The position numbers were made by a program, and so were the translations under genes. Positions 16,735 through 25,037 of a stretch of 32,812 nucleotides of DNA are shown here, in pieces. Origin of the DNA: Candidatus Micrarchaeota archaeon (lineage in GTDB: Archaea > Micrarchaeota > Micrarchaeia > Micrarchaeales > CABMGC01); assembly GCA_021791075.1 (NCBI GenBank), contig JAJYXH010000087.1:1-32812 (forward strand), written 5' to 3'. A model generated the notes under the pieces. That model saw only the letters and a list, made by a program, of their open reading frames with translations, was not told where the DNA came from and did no database searches. Position 1 is the stretch's first letter, and every line of letters begins with the position of its first letter.

Positions 16735-17289
16735 TTATAGTATACCAGCCTTTCTTTTATGGCTTTCAGACATCAGCTCTTCGATCAGAAGTGCTGCAGA
16801 AACTGCTGGTCCGAAGTTTGTATATCCCTTTGTCTTTATCATCTCGGTGCCATCGGCTTTTCCGTCCCTGATAGCCGAGAGGTATTTCTCGGGATTTACA
16901 ACATTATGGCCAGGCCAGATGGTCTTAGCAAATTCGGTCATCTCACGAACAGGGTTGGTCATGACTATGATCGTGGTATCAGGCTTTAGGCACTCCTTGA
17001 TATCCACCTTTTCAAGTAGGGGCTTGTTTAACGGCAGTAGATCTTTTTCATTAAGGGAGGTTGGAGAACGCGAGGCGCCGAGGGCCAGTATTATGAAATC
17101 TGCCGGGGATTTTTTGTCTGTGATCAAGGTTGTTATGCCCATGCCTTTTGCCGCATGCTGCAGGTCAAGGATATCTCCGCGCAGATCCTTTATGTCAGAA
17201 AGTATCAGCTCGTCAGGATTTAACTTTAGCATGGTCACAAAAGCGACTTGCGAGCCGAGCCTCCCTACGCCTATTACCATAATCTTCAT
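16735..17289 (-). CDS. Minimised lactate/malate dehydrogenase-like NAD-binding protein
   Basis: 184 aa. MKIMVIGVGRLGSQVA, LSDI, GDILDLQHAA, IVMTNPV and the late KGYTNFGPAVSAAL match LDH/MDH blocks. The roughly 70 aa that carry the catalytic His/Arg, and the C-terminal substrate domain, are absent. Confidence 0.6.
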   Translation of the reverse strand: MKIMVIGVGRLGSQVAFVTMLKLNPDELILSDIKDLRGDILDLQHAAKGMGITTLITDKKSPADFIILALGASRSPTSLNEKDLLPLNKPLLEKVDIKECLKPDTTIIVMTNPVREMTEFAKTIWPGHNVVNPEKYLSAIRDGKADGTEMIKTKGYTNFGPAVSAALLIEELMSESHKRKAGIL

Positions 17290-17319
17290 ACATACGCCTC
17301 CATAATATTAGGGGCTTTG

Positions 17320-18429
17320 TTATTTAATCTCATACCCTAATTCAGAAACCAGATATCTTACTATCTTCTTTATCTCCAGTTTTTCAGCAAATGCACGCTC
17401 CTTCATTATGGCTTTTTCGCGCTCTTTTGGGCTTCCCATGAACCTGTCCAACCCTTCGGTTATTCCCTGCTCGTCACCTATGGGCACCACTATTCCCCTC
17501 CCCTTTACGTACTCGCTGCCCACAGTGTCGGTTGTGACTATGGGAAGTCCCATTGCCATTGCCTCTCCCCTTACTGCCGCAGGTGACTCGCGGTCTGAAG
17601 GCAGGCAGAATATCGATGCCTTAAGGTATTCTTCCCTCAGCTTATCCTGAGGGATATAGGTTGCAAATTCTACTTTTTTATAAAGACCAAACTCTTTTAT
17701 TAGCGATTTAAGCTTATTGAAATACTCCTTGTCGGTTATGGGGCCTACAAGTCTCACTTTCCAGTAAGGATATTTTCCAGCGAGTTTGGAAAAACTGCGT
17801 ATGAGGATGTCCTGTCTTTTAATTGGGGTAATTCTTGCAACGCACAATATGACTTTTTCCCTGTTTTTTCCTTCGTGCTTTTTGAGACGAAACTTGTCTG
17901 ATACGGGACATCTCACTATCCGCATCTTTCTCTTAGTGAATGGCGCAAAAGCCACGGTCATGTCATAATTATATTTGGTATACGTGATCAAAAGTGACGC
18001 GACCATTGTTTTTATCAAAAATGAGAGTTTTATTAGCGGCTTTGGGTATGGGGCGTCATCAAAACTTTTTTGTTCGATGTCGTTTCTGATAACTATCTTG
18101 ATCTTGGGATTTAATATTTTTACTATGGCTGCCGCAACAAAATCAACCAAAAACAGCAGTACATCAAGCTTCTCGCGCCTTGATAGTTTATTCAATTGCA
18201 GCGCCAGGCTAAATTGATATATCAGATTGAATGTGCTGTCCTTGTGATACTTATCTATTATGACCATTTTTGGTAACCCTTTAATCTTGCCCAGGTTATT
18301 TTTGGGCGCGAATATGACCGTGTCTACGCCCATCTTTTTTAGGGTCATCGGTATGCGCAATTCCGGTTTATTAAGGTCTAATTCGTTTATCGCATCCGGA
18401 TATATAAGACCTATTTTTGGAACTGACAT
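17320..18429 (-). CDS. GT4-family glycosyltransferase (low-GC gene)
   Basis: IFCLPSDRESPAAVRGEAMAMGLPIVTTD is an E-x7-E-type motif. The gene has lysine-rich, AT-rich coding. Confidence 0.85.
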   Translation of the reverse strand: MSVPKIGLIYPDAINELDLNKPELRIPMTLKKMGVDTVIFAPKNNLGKIKGLPKMVIIDKYHKDSTFNLIYQFSLALQLNKLSRREKLDVLLFLVDFVAAAIVKILNPKIKIVIRNDIEQKSFDDAPYPKPLIKLSFLIKTMVASLLITYTKYNYDMTVAFAPFTKRKMRIVRCPVSDKFRLKKHEGKNREKVILCVARITPIKRQDILIRSFSKLAGKYPYWKVRLVGPITDKEYFNKLKSLIKEFGLYKKVEFATYIPQDKLREEYLKASIFCLPSDRESPAAVRGEAMAMGLPIVTTDTVGSEYVKGRGIVVPIGDEQGITEGLDRFMGSPKEREKAIMKERAFAEKLEIKKIVRYLVSELGYEIK

Positions 18430-18442
18430 GCACTGACCTTTG

Positions 18443-19195
18443 TCAACCCTTTCTTTTTTGATTTAAATACAATACCCCAAATTCCCTGTATCTCATCCTG
18501 AAAAGCATTGGCCTCACTTTTATCCTCCTTGCAAACTCTATGAACGCCTTGTTGCCGCTTACATCGTCGCTCATTATTACCCCATCACTTGACATCTTTT
18601 TTAGGACATGAGTAAATTCGAAAAGCATTGTGACGTAGGCATGGTTGCTGTCATGTATGAATAAATCAACCCTATTTAGCCTGGCCAGTGTTTTGGTGAA
18701 GATCGTCCTTGGGTTTCCGATGCAGATCTGCCAGCGACTCCTGTTCCCTTCTACAAGTTGGCCAGTATTCTTGCGCACTTCTGTAGATACAAGTCTGCCT
18801 TTCTTGTTCTTTTTTAGTGCTGAGAGTATTATGTAAGACGATGCGCCGTTGGCTATGCCAGTCTCAAACACGATCTCCGGCTTCCTTTTCCTTATAGTGG
18901 CGTAAATCAGCTCTCCGCCGGGTTTGTCTATCGCCCATTCTACAGGGCAGCTTAACTTTCCTTCCAACCTTTTCGTAGTCTGCTCCAATTTAGCGTAAAC
19001 CTTTTCAAACTCTTTTGCTATCCGCTTGTTTACATACGCGCCTGGATCCTCTAAGTACATGAAGTTTGTAATCTGGAAAACGATGTTCTTTGACCTTTCT
19101 TTAAGTGTATGAATGGAGTCGTACAGAGCCGGGCTTATCTTATAAAATAGGGGGAACTGCTTGGTCTTTTCGTCTGAATAGTTTAATTTGGACAT
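18443..19195 (-). CDS. Class I SAM-dependent methyltransferase (Methyltransf_24/CmcI-like)
   Basis: IVFETGIANGASSYIILSAL is a glycine-rich SAM loop. It is followed by LVSTE and DLFIHDSNHAY blocks. 250 aa in low-GC coding. Confidence 0.72.
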   Translation of the reverse strand: MSKLNYSDEKTKQFPLFYKISPALYDSIHTLKERSKNIVFQITNFMYLEDPGAYVNKRIAKEFEKVYAKLEQTTKRLEGKLSCPVEWAIDKPGGELIYATIRKRKPEIVFETGIANGASSYIILSALKKNKKGRLVSTEVRKNTGQLVEGNRSRWQICIGNPRTIFTKTLARLNRVDLFIHDSNHAYVTMLFEFTHVLKKMSSDGVIMSDDVSGNKAFIEFARRIKVRPMLFRMRYREFGVLYLNQKRKG

Positions 19196-19236
19196 TTTTA
19201 TACCATATATGATTTATGTGAAACAGATTTGCAGGT

Positions 19237-19923
19237 TTAGATTACGACCCTGCCTGACCGCAGATCGTTGTCTATCTCCTGGTAGTCCTTGAACGTGTCA
19301 ACGGCCCTGTGATAACCCCTGGTGAAAGTCGCGCATGCCAGCTTCCTCTGTTTTATGAGTTTTGGGAATACATCCTGTTCGAGGCTACCCATTCTTGGAA
19401 GGGATCTGAGAAGATCACTGCTGATCAGCGTCACCCCCAGGTTGTTCCAGTACCCCTTGAGTATCGGCTTCTCTTCGAAATACGTCACCAGGCCCTTGCG
19501 TATCTTCGCTATGCCGGAGCGGCTCCGGTACGGCTTTAGTGAAACGCAGCACAAAGACTTTCCTGGAAGCCTGAGTTTCCTGATGTCTATGTTAGTTACG
19601 TTGTCGCCGTTCACCAGGACGAACTTCTCGTCGTCACGCAGAATCTTCTCTGCATTCTTCAGGGCACCGGCGCTCCCCAGTGGCCTCTCCTCTAATGAGA
19701 ACTCGAACCTGCCCGAGTATCCTACCGACTTTATGTACTTTACCAGCTTGTCCGACTTGTGCCCTCCCAACAGCACGAACCTCTCGATGCCCAATGACCT
19801 GAGCCACTTTATCTGCCAGTATATAACCGGCTTCCCGCCCACGCTAACCATAGCCTTTGGTATGTTCCTTGTCAAGGGCATGAGCCTCTTTCCAAAACCT
19901 CCAGCAAGAATCAATGCGCGCAT
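19237..19923 (-). CDS. Small sugar-1-phosphate nucleotidylyltransferase (HddC-like heptose-1-phosphate guanylyltransferase candidate)
   Basis: MRALILAGGFGKRLMPLTRNIPKAMVSVGGKPVI is the NTP_transferase signature. The 228-aa single-domain size is typical of HddC. Substrate is inferred from gene context only. Confidence 0.82.
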   Translation of the reverse strand: MRALILAGGFGKRLMPLTRNIPKAMVSVGGKPVIYWQIKWLRSLGIERFVLLGGHKSDKLVKYIKSVGYSGRFEFSLEERPLGSAGALKNAEKILRDDEKFVLVNGDNVTNIDIRKLRLPGKSLCCVSLKPYRSRSGIAKIRKGLVTYFEEKPILKGYWNNLGVTLISSDLLRSLPRMGSLEQDVFPKLIKQRKLACATFTRGYHRAVDTFKDYQEIDNDLRSGRVVI

Positions 19924-19935
19924 GATACCACTTGT

Positions 19936-20859
19936 TTACAGGCCGTTCTCCTTCATCAGCCTCGATACCCCATCCTTGACGCTTATGAATTTGTACCCAC
20001 TTATCTCCTTAAGGAGCCTCTTCGTGTCGGCCTTGAGATAGTAGATGTAAGACGACTTGTAGGGATTCTTTACGAAGAGTATCCTCTTTGGCTTCATCAT
20101 CCTTGCTACGCTGAGGAAACTCGTTGCTATGCCGGTCCCGACGTTGTAGACGCCGAGGCTCTTTCTGCTCGCCATCAGTTTGAACGTGATCTTGATAACG
20201 TCGTCTATGTGGATAAAGTCCTTTGCTTGTTTTCCGTCCCCGAAGAGGGTTATAGTATTGTCCTTCTTTTTTGAGGCAATGAACTGAGTTATGGGGGAAG
20301 GGCGCAGCTTGACTTCCTCCCAGGGGCCGTAGACGTTGAAGTACCTCAGGCCCACGGCAGATAGGTTGCCCGAGTCGATGTACGAGTCTGCTATCGCATC
20401 GTCTATGAGCTTTGACTTCCCGTAGTGGTTTCGGAGCTTCCTTATGTCTATCTCACTCTCCTCGCTGTACTCGTCAAGGTAGACCGCAGAGCTGGAGGCG
20501 TAGACAAACTTCCTACACTTGTTCTTCCTTGCGGCCTCGATCACGTTAAGGAAACCAACGACATTTATGCCGTAGTCCCTGTAGAGGTTGTACTGGAAGT
20601 CGGGAAGGGACGTTGCCGCTGCCAGGTGGACCACGTAGTCGCAGCCCTTTGCAGCCCTTTGCACGGCCTTGTTGTCTGTTATGCTACCCTTTATGAACCG
20701 CAGGTTTGGATGGCTGACCTCTAGATCCTTTATGTCGAGCCCCACAACCCCATATCCGCTCTTCAGCGCGTATGAGACTGCGTGCCTTCCTATGAATCCG
20801 GAGCACCCGGTTATTAGGATCCTTCCTTTGCCTTTATTGTTTTTACCTTTCATGATCAT
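19936..20859 (-). CDS. Extended-SDR NDP-sugar epimerase/dehydratase/reductase
   Basis: ILITGCSGFIGRH, VVHLAA and YGKSKLIDD (YxxxK). It overlaps the upstream gene by 4 nt. Confidence 0.85.
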   Translation of the reverse strand: MIMKGKNNKGKGRILITGCSGFIGRHAVSYALKSGYGVVGLDIKDLEVSHPNLRFIKGSITDNKAVQRAAKGCDYVVHLAAATSLPDFQYNLYRDYGINVVGFLNVIEAARKNKCRKFVYASSSAVYLDEYSEESEIDIRKLRNHYGKSKLIDDAIADSYIDSGNLSAVGLRYFNVYGPWEEVKLRPSPITQFIASKKKDNTITLFGDGKQAKDFIHIDDVIKITFKLMASRKSLGVYNVGTGIATSFLSVARMMKPKRILFVKNPYKSSYIYYLKADTKRLLKEISGYKFISVKDGVSRLMKENGL

Positions 20860-21869
20860 TCACCCTTGAACTCGAGCTTGACCGATTTTCCGCTCCTCGA
20901 TGAGTCGTAGACCGCATAGGCAAGCTTGATTGCTGCCCATCCGTCGTAGGCGCTGCCGAGAGGAGTTCTCTTCCCTTTCGCCGCTGCGATGAACTCCTTC
21001 CACTCTTCCCTCCATGACCTGTCCTCCTCCTTGAACTCGGTAACGCTCTCCGAGAATGGATTTGTGAGGTCCTTCTTGCCGGTGATCAGCTTCTCGTATC
21101 CGTAAGATCCGCCGAGGCCCTCGACCTTCGCGTACCCTTCGCTCCCGAAGACCTCGAACGAGAAGATGTTGCGCCACTCGCTCCAGCTCGTGTGCAGCGA
21201 GCAGATGTGCCCGGCAACGGCCCTGAAGAGCGCGAACGCGTTGTCCTCGGCAGGCTTTATGTCCCATCCCAGGGTCGCGGTATAGCCGGTAGCCTCGTTT
21301 ATCTCTCCTCCGAACCACCTGAAGAGGTCCATTGCGTGAAGCCCCTGGTCCATAAGCTCTCCGCCGCCGGATATCCCGAGATTGACCCGCCAGTCCTTGT
21401 TGAAGTCCGGCCTTCCGGTGTTCCCGTACCTGCACCTGATGAAGATCAGCTTCCCGAGCTTGCCGCTATCCGCGAGCTTCTTCGCCTCGGCTATGGCAGG
21501 ATGGTATCTAAGGTTGAAGCCGCACTTCAGGACTGCCTTGCTTGACCTTACCGCCTCGACCATGCCCCACGCCTCGTCGGGATTCCTTGCTATGGGCTTC
21601 TCACACAGGACGTGCTTGTTGGCGCGAAGGGCGGCTATGGAGATCTCTGCGTGCGTGTCGTTCGGCGTGCATATTATTATCGCATCTATGCCATTGTCTT
21701 TCACGGCCTCCTTCCAGTCCGTAGATACAGCACAGCCATAGGTGCTTGCGAACTGCTCTAGCAGGGCAGGTACTGTATCCACCACTAGGGCTACCTCGTC
21801 TCCGCATTCCTGCACTGCCTTGGCGCGCCTGTTTCCCTGCCTTCCGGCGCCTATTATGGCTACTCTCAT
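20856..21869 (-). CDS. Gfo/Idh/MocA-family NAD(P)-dependent sugar oxidoreductase
   Basis: It has an N-terminal Rossmann motif (MRVAIIGAGRQGNRRAKA) and the EKP motif (VLCEKPIA). 337 aa. Confidence 0.9.
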   Translation of the reverse strand: MRVAIIGAGRQGNRRAKAVQECGDEVALVVDTVPALLEQFASTYGCAVSTDWKEAVKDNGIDAIIICTPNDTHAEISIAALRANKHVLCEKPIARNPDEAWGMVEAVRSSKAVLKCGFNLRYHPAIAEAKKLADSGKLGKLIFIRCRYGNTGRPDFNKDWRVNLGISGGGELMDQGLHAMDLFRWFGGEINEATGYTATLGWDIKPAEDNAFALFRAVAGHICSLHTSWSEWRNIFSFEVFGSEGYAKVEGLGGSYGYEKLITGKKDLTNPFSESVTEFKEEDRSWREEWKEFIAAAKGKRTPLGSAYDGWAAIKLAYAVYDSSRSGKSVKLEFKGE

Positions 21870-21891
21870 GATCGATACCCTGAATTAGCAA

Positions 21892-22755
21892 TTACTTTAC
21901 TTCCTTTTTAAGTCTGAGTCTCTCCAGCAGGTCCGGGGAGATGCGCCTCATTGTGTACATGTCGGTTTCCTTCAGCTCTCCCTTCTTCTTTCCGAAATTC
22001 TTCCAGTCGTCATGCACCGCGCTCAGGATCTTCCCTGATACCCCGTTCGACTCTTCCGATGCGAGGAATACCACGAGGCTTGCGGGAACCTCGAGAGGCA
22101 CTCCGCCGGACTTCAGCACCTTTCTGTACTTCTCCGTGTCGTTCTTGTCCAACGGCTTCACGGACTCGAATATCTCCTCTGTCATCTTTGTGCTTATCCC
22201 CCCTGGCGCCACGGCGTTCACGTCTATGCCATACTCTTCGACTTCCTGGGCCAGCGTCTCAGTGAACCTGATGACGGCAGATTTCGATGAAGCATAGGCA
22301 GAGAAGTTAGGCAGCGGCTTCTCTCCGGACCCTGCGATGTTTATGATCTTGCCGTGCCTCTTGCCTATCATCACGGGGAGCAGCATGCGCGTGCATAGGA
22401 ACGTGCCTATGATGTTCACATTTATGTTGTTGATCCAATCTCCTGGCTTCACTTCCTTTGTCGGGGCGATCGGCCCTATCACCCCCGCATTGTTGACAAG
22501 GATGTCGACCGTGCCGAATCTTGAAAGTGCCAGCTCTGATATCCTCCTGGCATCCGACTCCTTTGATATGTCTCCGGCCATTATAGCAACCCTGCTCTCT
22601 GGAAGCCCCGTCTCCTTGATTACGGACCGCAGCTCCTTCTCCGTCCTAGACATCAGCACGAGTTTCGCACCTTCTTTTGCAAGAGCAAGTGCTATGGCCT
22701 TGCCGAGCCCCCTTCCGCTTCCCGTAACGATTGCAACCTTGTCCTTTAGGATCAT
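21892..22755 (-). CDS. Classical short-chain dehydrogenase/reductase (FabG-like) with a C-terminal extension
   Basis: The start is set at ATG 22755 (MILKDKVAIVTGSGRGLGKAIALALAKEGAKLVL). It has NNAG and YASSKSAV catalytic motifs. The upstream 66 codons of the tracked ORF overlap the dehydrogenase gene and look spurious. Confidence 0.88.
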   Translation of the reverse strand: MILKDKVAIVTGSGRGLGKAIALALAKEGAKLVLMSRTEKELRSVIKETGLPESRVAIMAGDISKESDARRISELALSRFGTVDILVNNAGVIGPIAPTKEVKPGDWINNINVNIIGTFLCTRMLLPVMIGKRHGKIINIAGSGEKPLPNFSAYASSKSAVIRFTETLAQEVEEYGIDVNAVAPGGISTKMTEEIFESVKPLDKNDTEKYRKVLKSGGVPLEVPASLVVFLASEESNGVSGKILSAVHDDWKNFGKKKGELKETDMYTMRRISPDLLERLRLKKEVK

Positions 22756-22760
22756 ATATA

Positions 22761-24116
22761 TCACTTGCCTTTTCTCTGCTTTAAGCCTTTCTGCTTCTCG
22801 TTCCTTACGCTCTTCCCGCGGCCTATGCCGAGATATGAGAACCCCATGCCAGACATCCTCTTTCCGTCCAGAGTGTTCGTAGCGTCGATGACCACAGGGC
22901 TTGCCATCTCTGGCTTGAGCTTTGCAAAGTCCAACTCCTTGAACTCCGGCCATCCGGTCAGTACGAGAATCGCGTCAGAGGACTTTATGGCAGAGGCAGC
23001 GCTTCCGCACCTATCCAGATTAAATCCGATGTCAGACATATTGAATACCGCCTTTGGGTCGTATGCCTTTACCGATGCGCCCTTCCCGACTAGTTCCCTC
23101 ACTATCTGGAGGGGCACCGAGTTCCTTATCGTGCTTGTCCCGGGTTTGTACGTGAGCCCCAGAGCCGCAACGCGCAGCCCCTTTATCCTTCCAAATATCT
23201 CCTCGAGCCTCTTTATTACCAGATGGTTCTGGTCCTCGTTGACACGCACAACCGCATCGAGGAGTGGCGTTTTGACCCCCTTCTTCCGCCCAATCTCCCT
23301 GAGAACTGCCAGGTCCCTGGCAATCGTGCCTCCTGAGAATCCGAGACCGGAGCGTATCTGCGCGTTTTTCCCTATCCTCGGCTCCAGACGCAGTGCCTCT
23401 GCCACGCGGAACTCGTCAATCCCGAGCTCGTCGCAGAGATTGCCGATCTCGTTCCCGTAGCTCATCTCGCATGCGAGGAATGAGTTGATTGAGTGTTTGA
23501 TCATCTCTGCTGTCCTGAGGTCGACCATCACCTTGTTCGACTCGACAAACCAGTATAGCTGCTCTGCCATCTCCGAATCCTCTTTCTTGTCTGCCCCGAT
23601 TACAAGCAGGTCAGGCAACTTGAACCGGGCTATCGCATTGCCGAGCTGGAGGTTCTCCGGTATGCATGCGATGCCGAAGCGGAGGGATGGCCTTCTCTTC
23701 TGTATGAGCGATCTTATCTCCTCGGATGTGCCGACTGGAACCTGGCTGCTTATTACCAGAAGGCAACCGTCCTTGAGGTACTTGACCGAGTTGGTTATCA
23801 GATCGATTATCGGCTTGAGGTCGGGAGAGTTGTCCTCTTTGAGCGGAGTGTCAAGTGCGATTATCACGTACTCGGAATTGGCGATGCCTTCTTTGAGGTC
23901 GGTCGTGAATGAGAGGTCGCCGCCCTTTTGCTTCTGCGCGACAAGCTCCGCAAGGCCCGGCTCGTATATCGGCGGAATCCCTTTCTTAAGGTTGGATATC
24001 GTCTCCAGATTAGCGTCTATGCCGACAACCGAGTGGCCGAATGAGGAGAGGCACGCGGCCGTTACCGTGCCGAGATGCCAGAGACCTATAACCGAGACCC
24101 TTCTTCCTTTAACCAC
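22761..24116 (-). CDS. UDP-glucose/GDP-mannose dehydrogenase-family NDP-sugar 6-dehydrogenase
   Basis: VSVIGLWHLGTVTAACLSSFGHSVVGID at the N-terminus, a central domain with the catalytic Cys context (GFSGGTIARD region), and a C-terminal UDP-binding domain. 451 aa. Confidence 0.9.
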   Translation of the reverse strand: MVKGRRVSVIGLWHLGTVTAACLSSFGHSVVGIDANLETISNLKKGIPPIYEPGLAELVAQKQKGGDLSFTTDLKEGIANSEYVIIALDTPLKEDNSPDLKPIIDLITNSVKYLKDGCLLVISSQVPVGTSEEIRSLIQKRRPSLRFGIACIPENLQLGNAIARFKLPDLLVIGADKKEDSEMAEQLYWFVESNKVMVDLRTAEMIKHSINSFLACEMSYGNEIGNLCDELGIDEFRVAEALRLEPRIGKNAQIRSGLGFSGGTIARDLAVLREIGRKKGVKTPLLDAVVRVNEDQNHLVIKRLEEIFGRIKGLRVAALGLTYKPGTSTIRNSVPLQIVRELVGKGASVKAYDPKAVFNMSDIGFNLDRCGSAASAIKSSDAILVLTGWPEFKELDFAKLKPEMASPVVIDATNTLDGKRMSGMGFSYLGIGRGKSVRNEKQKGLKQRKGK

Positions 24117-24207
24117 TAATTACACCACAGGATAACTGCAATACTTAGGTAGCTCAAAGTTAAAAATCAGCGCACGAGCTTCGAAAGTGGCTGTTTTTCT
24201 GATTCAG

Positions 24208-24215
24208 TATATAAA
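24208..24215 (-). promoter_or_regulatory. TATA box (reads TTTATATA on the minus strand) for the minus-strand sugar-modification operon
   Basis: It is a consensus archaeal TATA octamer in the AT-rich 182-nt divergent intergenic region. It lies 92 nt from ATG 24116, which is a long spacing, so the assignment is tentative. Confidence 0.35.
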
Positions 24216-24250
24216 GCTTTCTGTTGTATTAGCGAAAAACAATAGATATA

Positions 24251-24258
24251 TTTATATA
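24251..24258 (+). promoter_or_regulatory. TATA box (TTTATATA) for the tal-hddA-hddA'-gmhA operon
   Basis: It is a consensus octamer ending 41 nt upstream of ATG 24299, which fits a short-leader transcript. Confidence 0.5.
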
Positions 24259-24298
24259 CAATAACCGCGATGGGATAAACAGTTAGAGACTGATATTC

Positions 24299-25021
24299 AT
24301 GGATGCAAAGAAGTTCAAGATAAAGTTGTTCGGCGACGGGGCAGACCTTAAGGCGATGGAGGATCTTTACAACAAGGGCATTGTGAGCGGCTTTACCACA
24401 AATCCCACGCTTATGAGGAATGCTGGGGTTACGGATTATGAGGCGTTTGCGAGATCGGCCCTTGAAGTGATACCAGATGCGCCGATATCGTTCGAGGTAT
24501 TCTCAGACGACATGCAGACAATGGAGAAGGAGGCGAGGAAGATATCCAGCTGGGGAAAGAACGTCTATGTAAAGATACCTGTCTCTACGACCAGCGGGGA
24601 GAGCACGGCGCCCCTGATAAAGAAGCTCTCGCATGACGGCCTCAAGCTCAATATAACGGCGATACTCACCTTGAAGCAGGTAAAGGACGTTGCCAAGGCA
24701 CTTTCCCAGTCCACACCGAGCATAGTCTCGGTGTTTGCAGGAAGAATAGCAGACACCGGACGCGACCCGATTCCGATCATGGTCGAGGCCAAGAGGATAC
24801 TTGAACAGAACAAGAATGCGGAACTCCTCTGGGCGAGCTCGAGGGAGGTACTGAACATCATGCAGGCCGAAGCGATAGGATGCCACATAATAACCGTGAC
24901 AAACGAACTGTTGAAGAAGCTGAATAACATGTATGGAAAAGACCTTGACGATCTCTCGCTCGACACGGTAAAGATGTTCTACAACGATGCAAAGTCGGTT
25001 GGTTACAGCATAATACAGTGA
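24299..25021 (+). CDS. tal: Transaldolase-family protein (short TalC/Fsa-like class)
   Basis: GFTTNPTLM, the Schiff-base lysine context NVYVKIPV, and SVFAGRIAD (compare SPFVGR.DD). 240 aa. Confidence 0.82.
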   Translation: MDAKKFKIKLFGDGADLKAMEDLYNKGIVSGFTTNPTLMRNAGVTDYEAFARSALEVIPDAPISFEVFSDDMQTMEKEARKISSWGKNVYVKIPVSTTSGESTAPLIKKLSHDGLKLNITAILTLKQVKDVAKALSQSTPSIVSVFAGRIADTGRDPIPIMVEAKRILEQNKNAELLWASSREVLNIMQAEAIGCHIITVTNELLKKLNNMYGKDLDDLSLDTVKMFYNDAKSVGYSIIQ

Positions 25022-25037
25022 TGATGATTGTGATATC

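Noticed and set aside
20641-20663. Tandem 10-mer GCAGCCCTTT x2 inside the SDR gene
   Set aside because: It lies in frame within conserved coding sequence (..AVQRAAKGC..). A single duplication of this size is compatible with chance or codon repetition, and it has no regulatory context.
22756-22953. N-terminal 66 codons of the tracked ORF 21892..22953
   Set aside because: They overlap the 3' end of the dehydrogenase gene, and the sequence is low-complexity and basic. The SDR Rossmann motif begins right after Met 22755.
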